This document shows, piece after piece, positions 27,584-37,279 of a DNA stretch of 64,000 nt. The stretch's first letter is position 1; the number at the start of each line of letters is the position of its first letter. Under the pieces are notes generated by a model. The model searched no databases, had not been told where the DNA came from, and was given only the letters and a program-made list of their open reading frames with translations. The DNA is from Flavipsychrobacter sp. (GTDB taxonomy: Bacteria > Bacteroidota > Bacteroidia > Chitinophagales > Chitinophagaceae): NCBI GenBank assembly GCA_965218185.1, contig CBDCKE010000003.1, positions 43,935 through 107,934 of the forward strand. The letters are read 5' to 3'. Both the position numbers and the translations under genes were made by a program.

Positions 27584-27889
27584 ATGTCACAGCGTATCAG
27601 AATCAAGCTGAAATCTTACGACCATAACCTGGTTGATAAGTCTGCAGAAAAAATCGTGAAAACGGTGCGCAACACGGGAGCAGTCGTTACAGGTCCTATT
27701 CCGTTGCCTACAGACAAGAAGATCTTTACAGTATTACGTTCTCCGCACGTAAACAAAAAAAGCAGGGAGCAATTTCAACTTTGCACGCACAAGCGTCTGT
27801 TGGATATTTATACCTCTTCTTCCCGCACGGTAGATGCGCTTTCAAAGCTCGATTTGCCAAGTGGTGTTGAAGTAGAAATCAAAGCATAA
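27584..27889 (+). CDS. rpsJ: 30S ribosomal protein S10
   Basis: [23 protein letters not shown]...[25 protein letters not shown] is canonical S10. Confidence 0.98.
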   Translation: MSQRIRIKLKSYDHNLVDKSAEKIVKTVRNTGAVVTGPIPLPTDKKIFTVLRSPHVNKKSREQFQLCTHKRLLDIYTSSSRTVDALSKLDLPSGVEVEIKA

Positions 27890-28012
27890 CAGTTATAGAG
27901 TGGGGAGCGGTTTCGAAAAATCGTTTTCAAAGTTCTTCTAACAATAAAGAAATCAGTTAATCCCGAATTTGCCAAAAAAGCATTTCCGGGCGCTTAACTA
28001 AAATGATACAAA

Positions 28013-28630
28013 ATGAAAGGTATTATTGGAAAAAAATTAGGCATGACAAGTGTCTTTGAGCCGAATGGCAAACACACGGCTTGCACAATTATTGAAGCCG
28101 GTCCATGCACCGTTACCCAAAAGAAAACCGTAGATACCGACGGTTACAACTCATTGCAGATTGCATTTGGAGAAGCTAAGGAAAAGAATACGACTAAAGC
28201 ACTCCTCAATCACTTCGCAAAGGCAAATACAACGCCTAAATCTGTAGTTAAAGAAATTCGCAATTGTTCTATTGATAAGCAAGTAGGTGAAGAAGTTACT
28301 TGTGAGATATTTACCGAGGGAGAGAAAGTGTCCGTCGTTGGCACCTCAAAAGGTAAAGGCTTTCAGGGCGTAGTTAAGCGTCATGGTTTCTCTGGTGTGG
28401 GTGAAGCATCTCATGGTCAGCACGATCGGCAGCGCGCCCCGGGTTCCATTGGTGGCTCCTCTTATCCAAGCCGCGTATTTAAAGGTATGCGCATGGCAGG
28501 CCGCATGGGTGGCGACCGCGTAAAAGTGAAGCAATTGCGTGTGGTAAAAGTTTTCACAGACAAAAATTATATTTTGATTGCAGGCTCTGTTCCTGGTCAT
28601 ATTGGTTCTATCGTTTTAATTCAGAATTAG
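28013..28630 (+). CDS. rplC: 50S ribosomal protein L3
   Basis: MKGIIGKKLGMTSVF...GTSKGKGFQGVVKRHGF is canonical L3, in operon position. Confidence 0.98.
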   Translation: MKGIIGKKLGMTSVFEPNGKHTACTIIEAGPCTVTQKKTVDTDGYNSLQIAFGEAKEKNTTKALLNHFAKANTTPKSVVKEIRNCSIDKQVGEEVTCEIFTEGEKVSVVGTSKGKGFQGVVKRHGFSGVGEASHGQHDRQRAPGSIGGSSYPSRVFKGMRMAGRMGGDRVKVKQLRVVKVFTDKNYILIAGSVPGHIGSIVLIQN

Positions 28631-28636
28631 TCAGCA

Positions 28637-29275
28637 ATGCAGATTGATGTTATAAATATTAAAGGTGAAGGTGTTGGTCGTTCTATTGAATTGCCGGAAG
28701 AGATTTTTGGGATTGAACCCAACGATCATTGCATCTACCTTGCCGTGAAACAATACCTTGCAGCGCAGCGGCAGGGAACGCACAGCACTAAAACACGTGC
28801 AGAAGTGCATGGCTCCTCCAAAAAATTGCATCGTCAAAAAGGTACCGGTGGTTCCAGAAAAGGTAACATCCGCAACCCGCTTTATAAAGGTGGTGGTACG
28901 GTGAACGGTCCAAAACCGCACGATTACAATTTTAAACTGAATCGCAAGGTGAAGGATTTGGCTAAAATGTCGGCGTTGGCTTACAAAGCGCAGGAAGGCA
29001 AAATAATTATCGTAGAAGATTTAGCGATGGATGCTCCTAAAACAAAAGATTTTTCGGGTATCGTGAAGACGCTGAAAGGAGATAATCGCAAATCTCTGGT
29101 TATTTTGAAAGACCATAATGAACAGATTTATTTAAGCGGCCGCAATTTGAAGGATCATAAAACTTGCATTTTGAGTGATATGAACACCTACGATTTGATG
29201 AATGCAAGTGTGTTGATTTTTACAGAAAGCGCAGCAAAATTATTTCAGGAAGAGCCTGAAATGGAAGAAGCGTAA
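28637..29275 (+). CDS. rplD: 50S ribosomal protein L4
   Basis: AQRQGTHSTKTRAEVHGSSKKLHRQKGTGGSRKG is canonical L4, in operon position. Confidence 0.97.
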   Translation: MQIDVINIKGEGVGRSIELPEEIFGIEPNDHCIYLAVKQYLAAQRQGTHSTKTRAEVHGSSKKLHRQKGTGGSRKGNIRNPLYKGGGTVNGPKPHDYNFKLNRKVKDLAKMSALAYKAQEGKIIIVEDLAMDAPKTKDFSGIVKTLKGDNRKSLVILKDHNEQIYLSGRNLKDHKTCILSDMNTYDLMNASVLIFTESAAKLFQEEPEMEEA

Positions 29276-29332
29276 ATTGGATAAAATAGCTCAATAATAA
29301 GACTTTTCTATAAAGTTAGTAAATTATAAAAA

Positions 29333-29629
29333 ATGAAACTTACAGACGTAATTGTTCGTCCCATACTTACTGAAAAAGTAAATTCCCAAATGGAAAAAGC
29401 GGGTCGTTATACTTTTGAAGTGGATAAGCGCTCCAATAAACTGGAAGTGAAAAAGGCAGTAGAGGATTTCTACGGCGTGAAAGTGGATGAAGTGAACACA
29501 TTAATCGTCCCCGGAAAAAATAAATCCCGTTTCACGAAAGCAGGATATTTGCAAGGTGTTCGCGGCTCTTATAAAAAAGCAATTGTTACCCTTTCAGAAG
29601 GGGAGTCTATAGATTTATTCTCCCTGTAA
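29333..29629 (+). CDS. rplW: 50S ribosomal protein L23
   Basis: IVRPILTEK...YTFEVDKRSNKLEVKKAVEDFYGVKV is canonical L23, in operon position. Confidence 0.97.
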   Translation: MKLTDVIVRPILTEKVNSQMEKAGRYTFEVDKRSNKLEVKKAVEDFYGVKVDEVNTLIVPGKNKSRFTKAGYLQGVRGSYKKAIVTLSEGESIDLFSL

Positions 29630-29681
29630 ATACAAACAAAAAGCATTAAAAGGTTTCGGACTTTTTATTTAAAGAATTAAA

Positions 29682-30515
29682 ATGGCATTACGTAAATATA
29701 AACCAGTTACAGCCGGCACCCGCTGGAGAATTGGAAACGCATACGCAGAGGTTACTACTAATGAGCCTGAAAAAACACTACTTGAATCCATTAAAGGCAC
29801 AGGTGGTCGCAATGCTCAAGGTCGGCGCTCTATGCGTTATATCGGTGGCGGCAATAAGAAAATGTACCGTATAATTGATTTTAAGCGGAATAAATTAAAC
29901 GTTCCGGCTACAGTTAAATCAATAGAATACGACCCTAACCGTACTGCCTTTATTGCCTTATTACATTATGCTGATGGTGAAAAGCGTTATATCATTGCAC
30001 CGCAGGGTTTGGAAGTGGGAGCAACCGTAGTAAGTGGAGAAGCCGTTGCGCCTGAAGTAGGGAATGCCTTGCTTTTGAAAAATATGCCATTGGGTACTGT
30101 GGTTCATAACATCGAACTGCAGCCCGGAAAAGGTGGTGCCATTGCCCGTTCAGCCGGCACTTATGCGCAACTGAATGCGAAAGAAGAAAAATATGCGGTG
30201 TTGAAAATGCCATCAGGTGAACTGCGTAAAGTATTAATTAATTGCAACGCAACCGTAGGTATTGTTTCTAATAGTGATCACGCGCTTGAATCTATGGGAA
30301 AAGCGGGTCGCAACAGGTGGAAAGGTATTCGTCCGCGCAACAGAGGTGTAGCCATGAACCCCGTAGATCACCCGATGGGTGGTGGTGAAGGTCGCTCTTC
30401 TGGAGGTCACCCACGTAGCCGCACCGGTAAATATGCAAAAGGAGAAAAAACCCGCAGTCGCACCAAAGGTTCTAATAAGCTGATTATTCAGCGCAGCAAC
30501 GGTAAGAAACTCTAA
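29682..30515 (+). CDS. rplB: 50S ribosomal protein L2
   Basis: [14 protein letters not shown]...[12 protein letters not shown]...[16 protein letters not shown] is canonical L2. Confidence 0.98.
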   Translation: MALRKYKPVTAGTRWRIGNAYAEVTTNEPEKTLLESIKGTGGRNAQGRRSMRYIGGGNKKMYRIIDFKRNKLNVPATVKSIEYDPNRTAFIALLHYADGEKRYIIAPQGLEVGATVVSGEAVAPEVGNALLLKNMPLGTVVHNIELQPGKGGAIARSAGTYAQLNAKEEKYAVLKMPSGELRKVLINCNATVGIVSNSDHALESMGKAGRNRWKGIRPRNRGVAMNPVDHPMGGGEGRSSGGHPRSRTGKYAKGEKTRSRTKGSNKLIIQRSNGKKL

Positions 30516-30556
30516 CATACTATCTTAAAAGACAATAGCAACAAGTAAAAAGTATT

Positions 30557-30823
30557 ATGGCTCGTTCGATTAAAAAAGGTCCTTATGTAGATGCCAACCT
30601 AGATCAAAAGGTGATGGCAGTAAACGATGGGAAAGCTAAGAAAGGTGTTATCAAAACCTGGAGCAGACGCTCTACTATCACTCCGGATTTTGTAGGTCAT
30701 ACATTCGCTGTGCATAATGGAAATAAATTTATTCCTGTGTATGTTACGGAGTATATGGTTGGTCATAAGTTAGGTGAATTTGCCCCTACAAGAAATTTTA
30801 AAGGGCATAGCGGAGGAAAATAA
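30557..30823 (+). CDS. rpsS: 30S ribosomal protein S19
   Basis: [12 protein letters not shown]...[22 protein letters not shown]...[11 protein letters not shown] is canonical S19. Confidence 0.98.
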   Translation: MARSIKKGPYVDANLDQKVMAVNDGKAKKGVIKTWSRRSTITPDFVGHTFAVHNGNKFIPVYVTEYMVGHKLGEFAPTRNFKGHSGGK

Positions 30824-30930
30824 ACATAACGAATTTTAAAAGTAATAAAACTACAAAAGCAAAACTCAATATCGTTGCCTCGTTTTAAGGCTTTCGACTT
30901 TTATCTTTTCGCTTTTAATCAAATACAAAA

Positions 30931-31326
30931 ATGGAAGCAGTAGCTCGTTTAAGAAATTATCCTACATCACCGCGCAAAATGCGCCTGCTGGCAGATCTTG
31001 TTAGAGGGAAAGATGTTGAAATGGCGTTGAACCTATTGAAGTTCAGTACAAAACACCCATCAATCGCTTTAGAAAAACTTTTGTTGAGCGCTGTTGCCAA
31101 TTGGGGCGTGAAAAACAAGGATGTAGATGTTTCCAGTGCGGAGCTTTTTATAAAAATAATTATGGTTGACGGTGGAAGAATGTTGAAAAGAATGCGCCCC
31201 GCGCCGCAAGGTCGCGCCAACCGTGTTCGGAAACGCAGCAACCACGTTACGCTGATTGTTGACAGCCGCACGGCGCAATCACAAACAAATGAAACAACTA
31301 ATACAAATAAAACTCAACGTTCATAA
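30931..31326 (+). CDS. rplV: 50S ribosomal protein L22
   Basis: [23 protein letters not shown] and [24 protein letters not shown] are canonical L22. Confidence 0.97.
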   Translation: MEAVARLRNYPTSPRKMRLLADLVRGKDVEMALNLLKFSTKHPSIALEKLLLSAVANWGVKNKDVDVSSAELFIKIIMVDGGRMLKRMRPAPQGRANRVRKRSNHVTLIVDSRTAQSQTNETTNTNKTQRS

Positions 31327-31336
31327 TTTATAAAGA

Positions 31337-32155
31337 ATGGGTCAAAAAGCAAATCCTATAGGTAATAGATTGGGGATCATCCGCGGATGGGACTCCATGT
31401 GGTATGGCGAAAAGAAGGATTTTGGTCAGAAATTGGTAGAAGACCATAAAATCCGCACATATCTTAATGCACGTATCAACAAGGGCGGCATCTCCCGCAT
31501 TGTAATTGAGCGCACCTTAGGAAAATTAATTGTTACCATTCACACTTCAAAGCCTGGTATCATTATCGGTAAAGGCGGTTCCGAAGTGGATAGAATAAAA
31601 GAGGAGCTAAAAAAACTTACCGGCAAAGAGGATGTTCAGATTAACATCATGGAAATTCGCCGCCCTGAGTTAGATGCGCAGATTGTGGGTGAAACCATTG
31701 CCCGCCAAATTGAAGGTCGTGTGAGCTTTAAAAGAGCAATTAAAATGGCCATCCAAACAGCGATGAGAATGGGTGCTGAAGGAATTAAAATTAAAGCCGG
31801 AGGCCGTTTGGGCGGTGCAGAGATTGCCCGTTCAGAAGAATTTAAACAGGGACGTACACCATTGCATACCTTCCGTATGGATATCGATTATGCCAACGTT
31901 TACGCCATGACCGTTTACGGAAAAATTGGGTTAAAAGTATGGATTTGTAAGGGCGAAGTTTTAGGAAAGCGTGATTTAAACCCGAACCTGAATGCAAGCG
32001 CCGATAACCGTGGCAACAATCGTCCGGCAGGTTCCGGCTTTGACGGCGGCGGAAGAGGAGATCGTCGTGGTGGCGGAAGAGGTGAAGGCGGCGGAGACCG
32101 CAGAGGTGGCGGAACCGGCAGTGGAAACCGTGGAGGTGGACGCAGCAAATCATAA
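31337..32155 (+). CDS. rpsC: 30S ribosomal protein S3 with a Gly/Arg-rich C-terminal extension
   Basis: [14 protein letters not shown]...KH domain...[11 protein letters not shown] is canonical S3. The last ~50 aa are RGG-type low complexity ([34 protein letters not shown]). Confidence 0.97.
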   Translation: MGQKANPIGNRLGIIRGWDSMWYGEKKDFGQKLVEDHKIRTYLNARINKGGISRIVIERTLGKLIVTIHTSKPGIIIGKGGSEVDRIKEELKKLTGKEDVQINIMEIRRPELDAQIVGETIARQIEGRVSFKRAIKMAIQTAMRMGAEGIKIKAGGRLGGAEIARSEEFKQGRTPLHTFRMDIDYANVYAMTVYGKIGLKVWICKGEVLGKRDLNPNLNASADNRGNNRPAGSGFDGGGRGDRRGGGRGEGGGDRRGGGTGSGNRGGGRSKS

Positions 32156-32188
32156 AAATATTTACCAGTACACAAAAACATTGTAACC

Positions 32189-32611
32189 ATGTTACAGCCA
32201 AAGAAAGTAAAACATAGGAAAGCGCATAAAGGAAGGATAAAAGGAAACGCACAACGCGGCGCTACAGTCGCATTCGGTTCCTTCGGATTGAAAGCAATGG
32301 AGCCAAAATGGATAACCAACCGCCAGATTGAAGCAGCCCGCCAAAGCATGACCCGTCACATGAAGCGTGAGGGTAACGTGTGGATTCGCATTTTCCCTGA
32401 TAAGCCAATTACCCGCAAACCCCAGGAAGTACGTATGGGAAAAGGTAAAGGAAATCTGGAGTTTTGGGCGGCCGTTGTGAAGCCGGGACGCATTATGTTT
32501 GAACTTGACGGCGTGCCGATGCAGGTAGCCAAAGAAGCTTTAGCACTTGCAGCTCAGAAATTACCGATTAAAACAAAATTTGTGGTGCGTCCTGATTATG
32601 CAGGAGCTTAA
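32189..32611 (+). CDS. rplP: 50S ribosomal protein L16
   Basis: [16 protein letters not shown]...[24 protein letters not shown] is canonical L16. Confidence 0.98.
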   Translation: MLQPKKVKHRKAHKGRIKGNAQRGATVAFGSFGLKAMEPKWITNRQIEAARQSMTRHMKREGNVWIRIFPDKPITRKPQEVRMGKGKGNLEFWAAVVKPGRIMFELDGVPMQVAKEALALAAQKLPIKTKFVVRPDYAGA

Positions 32612-32661
32612 TAATAGAAACCGGACCTCAATAATATTATCCATTAGTTATCAATAAAGAA

Positions 32662-32877
32662 ATGGCAAACGAAAAAAAATCAAAAATGGAGGATTACACT
32701 TCATTGGATGAACAGGCGCTGAACGAAAAAATTCAGGAAGAAGAAATCAGGATTAAGAAATTGCACTACAGCCATTCCGTTAACCCGATTGAAAATCCTT
32801 CCTCCATCCGCATTCTTCGCCGCAGTATTGCCCGTATGAAAACCGAACAGCGTAAAAGAGCTTTAGGAGCTAAATAA
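32662..32877 (+). CDS. rpmC: 50S ribosomal protein L29
   Basis: Size, operon position and the [18 protein letters not shown] motif. Confidence 0.93.
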   Translation: MANEKKSKMEDYTSLDEQALNEKIQEEEIRIKKLHYSHSVNPIENPSSIRILRRSIARMKTEQRKRALGAK

Positions 32878-32890
32878 AGTATCGTTACAG

Positions 32891-33157
32891 ATGTCAACAA
32901 TGATAGAAAGAAAACGCAGAAAAACCCGAATCGGGATCGTAAGCAGCGACAAGATGATGAAAACCATCACCGTAGCTGTAGAACGTAAAATCAAACACCC
33001 TATCTACGGTAAGTTCCTGAAAAAAACGACCAAATTCCATGTTCATGATGAGCAAAATACAGCCGGTACCGGTGACACTGTTCGCATTATGGAATCACGT
33101 CCTTTAAGCAAAACCAAGCGCTGGCGTTTGGTAGAAATAATTGAAAAAGCAAAATAG
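32891..33157 (+). CDS. rpsQ: 30S ribosomal protein S17
   Basis: [40 protein letters not shown]...SKTKRWRLV is canonical S17. Confidence 0.97.
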   Translation: MSTMIERKRRKTRIGIVSSDKMMKTITVAVERKIKHPIYGKFLKKTTKFHVHDEQNTAGTGDTVRIMESRPLSKTKRWRLVEIIEKAK

Positions 33158-33255
33158 TATTAAGTCGAAAGTTTTAAGTCTGAAGCGATTTTTTTAGGCC
33201 TTATTATCTGACTTTCTACTTCCAACTAATTTACTTTCTTACTAAAAAGAAAAAA

Positions 33256-33624
33256 ATGATACAACAAGAATCCCGTCTCAGCGTAGCTGATAATAGTGGA
33301 GCCAAAGAAGTGCTTTGCATCCGCGTGTTAGGCAATTCGGGACAAGATTATGCTGGCATCGGTGATAAAATTGTAGTTACCGTGAAAGACGCACTCCCAG
33401 GTGGTGGCGTAAAAAAAGGTACCGTTTCAAAAGCCGTTATCGTGAGGACTAAAAATAAATTGCGCCGTCGCGATGGATCTTACATCAATTTTGATGACAA
33501 TGCTGTAGTGTTATTAAACGCAGCCGACGATCCGCGTGGAACCCGAATTTTCGGACCCGTAGCCCGTGAACTTCGTGATAAAGGCTACATGAAAATAGTT
33601 TCCCTCGCTCCTGAGGTTTTGTAA
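33256..33624 (+). CDS. rplN: 50S ribosomal protein L14
   Basis: [26 protein letters not shown]...[11 protein letters not shown] is canonical L14. Confidence 0.98.
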   Translation: MIQQESRLSVADNSGAKEVLCIRVLGNSGQDYAGIGDKIVVTVKDALPGGGVKKGTVSKAVIVRTKNKLRRRDGSYINFDDNAVVLLNAADDPRGTRIFGPVARELRDKGYMKIVSLAPEVL

Positions 33625-33692
33625 TAAATGTTGTACATTTGCACCCCCGTTTAAAAAAGCGACCCGCGAAAGCAAACAAATTTTAAAAGAAA

Positions 33693-34040
33693 GTGAAGCA
33701 GAGATTTAAACCAAAATTCAATATCCGCAAAGGCGACGACGTAATAGTTATTGCCGGCGACGATAAAGACCGCAGCACCCCAAGAAAAGTGCTTGCCGTA
33801 TATCCCCAAAAGAGCCGGGTGCTCATAGAAGGTGTTCAGATGGTAACCAAACATTTGAAGCCAAATGCGCAAAATCCGCAGGGTGGCATCGTGCAGGAGG
33901 AAGCCGCTATCCACATTTCAAACGTGATGCTTTGGGATGCAAAATCTAAGACGCCTGTTCGCATTAAGCGTGAGCGTAACGAAGGAACTTTTAAGCGTGT
34001 TTCTAAAAAATCAGGCGAGGAGCTGAAATTTACTAAATAA
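33693..34040 (+). CDS. rplX: 50S ribosomal protein L24
   Basis: [14 protein letters not shown] (KOW motif) and operon position. GTG start. Confidence 0.93.
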   Translation: MKQRFKPKFNIRKGDDVIVIAGDDKDRSTPRKVLAVYPQKSRVLIEGVQMVTKHLKPNAQNPQGGIVQEEAAIHISNVMLWDAKSKTPVRIKRERNEGTFKRVSKKSGEELKFTK

Positions 34041-34627
34041 TGGCAACGAATACTAATTATCCAAGGCTTCAGAAAAAATATAAAGAAGAAGTAATCCCTG
34101 CTTTGATGAAAAAGTTTGGTTACACTTCTGTAATGCAATGCCCTCGCCTCATTAAAATTTCTTTGAACCAGGGCGTAAAGGGTTCTGTGGCTGATAAGAA
34201 GCTGATTGATGATGCGATGAATGAAATGTCCAACATTACCGGACAAAAAGCCATTCCAACATTGTCTAAAAAAGATATTTCCAACTTTAAGCTTCGCAAA
34301 GGAATGCCGATTGGCGTGCGCGTAACGCTTCGTCACACTAAAATGTACGAGTTTCTGGATCGCTTTATTGCTATTTCCCTCCCTCGTGTCCGCGATTTCA
34401 AAGGCATTAGTGAAAAATCTTTTGATGGTCGTGGAAACTACACCATGGGCGTTACGGAACAAATCATTTTTCCAGAAATTGACATTGATAAGCTAAATCG
34501 CATTAGCGGTATGGACATCACTTTTGTAACTACTGCCAAAACGAACGAAGAAGCCTACGAACTGTTGAAAGAATTGGGAATGCCTTTTAAAAACATGAAG
34601 AAATCGGGAGACGAAAACGCAGCTTAG
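34040..34627 (+). CDS. rplE: 50S ribosomal protein L5
   Basis: [21 protein letters not shown]...[17 protein letters not shown]...[17 protein letters not shown] is canonical L5. TAATG overlap with rplX. Confidence 0.98.
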   Translation: MATNTNYPRLQKKYKEEVIPALMKKFGYTSVMQCPRLIKISLNQGVKGSVADKKLIDDAMNEMSNITGQKAIPTLSKKDISNFKLRKGMPIGVRVTLRHTKMYEFLDRFIAISLPRVRDFKGISEKSFDGRGNYTMGVTEQIIFPEIDIDKLNRISGMDITFVTTAKTNEEAYELLKELGMPFKNMKKSGDENAA

Positions 34628-34668
34628 TTCCCAAACAAAAAAATTAATTCAAGAACTTATAATTATAA

Positions 34669-34938
34669 ATGGCAAGAGAATCAGTAAAAGCCCGTCAACG
34701 AAAAAGAGAACGCATGGTAGCATTGTACGCCGAAAGACGTGCTGCGCTTAAAGCTGCAGGCGATTATGCCGCTCTTGATAAGTTGCCAAAAAATTCATCC
34801 GCTGTGCGCCTTAAAAATCGCTGTCAGCTAACAGGCCGTCCCAGGGGTTACCTACGCTATTTTGGAATGTGCAGAAATGTGTTCCGCGATATGGCTCTTG
34901 ATGGAAAAATACCGGGCGTAAAGAAAGCAAGCTGGTAA
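34669..34938 (+). CDS. rpsN: 30S ribosomal protein S14
   Basis: [14 protein letters not shown]...[39 protein letters not shown] is canonical long-form S14. Confidence 0.97.
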   Translation: MARESVKARQRKRERMVALYAERRAALKAAGDYAALDKLPKNSSAVRLKNRCQLTGRPRGYLRYFGMCRNVFRDMALDGKIPGVKKASW

Positions 34939-35054
34939 ATAAATACTGCTGTTTTAAATTGATATTACCTATCAATTTGAGCAGTCATGTTTCAAAGTCA
35001 GGAAAAAATTTTAACTCCTGATACTCGTAACAACTTAAAAACTTAAAACAAATA

Positions 35055-35453
35055 ATGGTAACTGATCCAATAGCAGATTTTTTAACCCGCATTCGCAACG
35101 CCCAAATGGCGCGTCACCGCATCGTTGAAATTCCGGCGTCCAACCTTAAAAAAAGAATGACCGAAATCTTGTATGATAAGGGTTATATTCTTAAATACAA
35201 GTTTGAAGAGGATTCCAAACAAGGGCTTATCAAAATAGCATTGAAATATGATGCGGAAACTAAAGAGCCCGCCATCCGTTCGTTAGAGCGTATCAGCCGC
35301 CCGGGTCTGCGTCAGTATGCAAAACCAAAAGAAATTTCCCGCGTTAAAAACGGATTAGGAATAGCCATTGTTTCCACCTCAAAAGGCGTAATGACGGATA
35401 AAGAAGCCAGAACCGGAAACGTGGGTGGCGAAGTGCTTTGTTACATCTATTAA
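35055..35453 (+). CDS. rpsH: 30S ribosomal protein S8
   Basis: [17 protein letters not shown]...[31 protein letters not shown] is canonical S8. Confidence 0.98.
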   Translation: MVTDPIADFLTRIRNAQMARHRIVEIPASNLKKRMTEILYDKGYILKYKFEEDSKQGLIKIALKYDAETKEPAIRSLERISRPGLRQYAKPKEISRVKNGLGIAIVSTSKGVMTDKEARTGNVGGEVLCYIY

Positions 35454-35503
35454 ATGCAATTGTTGACGGAAGCGATGCTTTCATCTTTAAATAAATAATT
35501 ATT

Positions 35504-36058
35504 ATGTCACGGATAGGCAAACAAACTATAAACATTCCCAGCGGCGTTACCATTTCGGTTTCTCCTTCAAATGAAGTAACGGTAAAAGGGCCGAAAGGCA
35601 CTTTGAAAGAAACTTTGGATCGCGATATTAAAGTGGACGTGAGCGGCAACGAAGCAAATGTAACCCGCCCAACCGACCAAATTCGCCATCGTGCACTCCA
35701 TGGTTTATATCGTGCCTTAGTTGCAAATATGGTGGAAGGTGTTACCAATGGCTTTAAAAAAGAACTTGAATTGGTGGGTGTAGGTTATCGAGCTGCCGTT
35801 ACCGGTCAGCAAATTGATATGGCTTTAGGTTTTTCCCATAACATTATTATGGAAATCCCGAAAGAGGTTAAGGCGTCCTCATTAGCCGAAAAAGGACAAA
35901 ATCCACGGATTATCCTAGAGTCTATTGATAAGCAATTATTAGGTCAGGTAGCTTCCAAAATTCGCAGCCTGCGCAAGCCGGAGCCTTATAAAGGAAAGGG
36001 TGTGCGTTATTCTGATGAAATTGTACGCAGAAAAGCAGGTAAATCGGCTGGTAAGTAA
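35504..36058 (+). CDS. rplF: 50S ribosomal protein L6
   Basis: MSRIGKQTINIPSGVTI...VKGPKGTL...ELVGVGYRA...PEPYKGKGVRY is canonical L6. Confidence 0.98.
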   Translation: MSRIGKQTINIPSGVTISVSPSNEVTVKGPKGTLKETLDRDIKVDVSGNEANVTRPTDQIRHRALHGLYRALVANMVEGVTNGFKKELELVGVGYRAAVTGQQIDMALGFSHNIIMEIPKEVKASSLAEKGQNPRIILESIDKQLLGQVASKIRSLRKPEPYKGKGVRYSDEIVRRKAGKSAGK

Positions 36059-36128
36059 AAATTTAAAACAACTCCGGTAGCTATCTTCAGTTTTAAAAAG
36101 ATAAGCCCGTAAAACAAAAATAAAAAAC

Positions 36129-36488
36129 ATGGCTCTTGATCCAAAAGTTGTCCGCAGGCAAAAACTTCGCTGGCGTATAAGAGGTAAAGTAAAAGGAACC
36201 GCTGCAAAACCGCGTTTATCCGTATTTCGCAGTAATAAAGATGTCTATGCTCAATTGATTGATGATGCTACCGGCACTACGTTAGCCGCTGCAAATTCCC
36301 GTCAAAAAGATTTGACTGCAACCGCAGGAAATAAGGTGGAGAAATCTGCAGCGGTGGGTAAGGCATTAGCAGCAAAGGCAGTTGCTTTGGGTGTTGAAAA
36401 TTGTATTTTTGATCGCGGTGGGTATCTGTATCACGGTCGTGTGAAGGCGGTGGCAGATGGCGCAAGGGAAGGCGGATTAAAATTCTAA
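36129..36488 (+). CDS. rplR: 50S ribosomal protein L18
   Basis: [19 protein letters not shown]...[26 protein letters not shown] is canonical L18. Confidence 0.97.
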   Translation: MALDPKVVRRQKLRWRIRGKVKGTAAKPRLSVFRSNKDVYAQLIDDATGTTLAAANSRQKDLTATAGNKVEKSAAVGKALAAKAVALGVENCIFDRGGYLYHGRVKAVADGAREGGLKF

Positions 36489-36558
36489 ACTGAACAAATA
36501 AAAAGGCGATAGTGTTAGGTTTTATGCCCGGCATTTTATCAACAACTAAATAGTAAAA

Positions 36559-37077
36559 ATGGCAAATAATCAAGCAAACCGCATTAAAACCGGAGAACTG
36601 GAACTTCATGAAAAAGTTGTTTCTATTAACCGCGTAGTAAAAACAACAAAAGGCGGACGTGCATTTTCTTTCTCAGCACTTGTGGTGGTGGGAGATAATA
36701 ACGGCGTAGTGGGACATGGGTTAGGCAAGGCAAAAGAAGTGCAGGAAGCAATCACCAAAGGCATTGATGATGCAAAGAAAAACCTCATTAAAGTGCCCAT
36801 AATGAACGGTACTATTCCGCATGATCAACTGGCTAAGGAAGGCGCTGCCAAAGTGTTTATCAAACCTGCAGCTCACGGAACGGGTGTTATTGCCGGAGGA
36901 AGCATGAGAGCCGTATTGGAAGCTGCCGGAATTACCGATGTGCTTTCAAAAAACCAGGGTTCTGCTAATCCGCACAATGTGGTGAAAGCTACTTTTAAGG
37001 CATTGAGCCTGCTTCGCGAACCAACCGCGGTGGCTAAGCAAAGGAATATCACTTTGAAAAAAGTTTTCAACGGGTAG
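36559..37077 (+). CDS. rpsE: 30S ribosomal protein S5
   Basis: [42 protein letters not shown]...[19 protein letters not shown] is canonical S5. Confidence 0.98.
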   Translation: MANNQANRIKTGELELHEKVVSINRVVKTTKGGRAFSFSALVVVGDNNGVVGHGLGKAKEVQEAITKGIDDAKKNLIKVPIMNGTIPHDQLAKEGAAKVFIKPAAHGTGVIAGGSMRAVLEAAGITDVLSKNQGSANPHNVVKATFKALSLLREPTAVAKQRNITLKKVFNG

Positions 37078-37110
37078 TCTCTTTTAAGAATAAAAAATGG
37101 TTTAAATTTT

Positions 37111-37147
37111 AACCGTTGAGCTTTTTTCAGTTCAACGGTTTTTTTCT
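37111..37147 (+). terminator. Strong intrinsic terminator immediately after rpsE
   Basis: 9-bp stem aaccgttga / tcaacggtt followed by a T8 run. Confidence 0.8.
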
Positions 37148-37279
37148 TTTAAATACTATTCTGATGTTTTCGGACGCAGTTGCACCATTTGGATAGACGT
37201 CAGTCAACCTGTGAATTGCAAATGTGATAGTATAGTTAATAGTTTTTACATTGCGATATTCCAATGTGCAGTTTAGGGT

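Noticed and set aside
31842-32349. Long minus-strand ORFs (136 and 144 aa) and ORF 31992..32186 over the rpsC 3' end.
   Set aside because: They are mirror images or alternative frames of the GGN/CGN-rich RGG tail (giving PPPRR-type peptides). They lie inside a certain r-protein gene.
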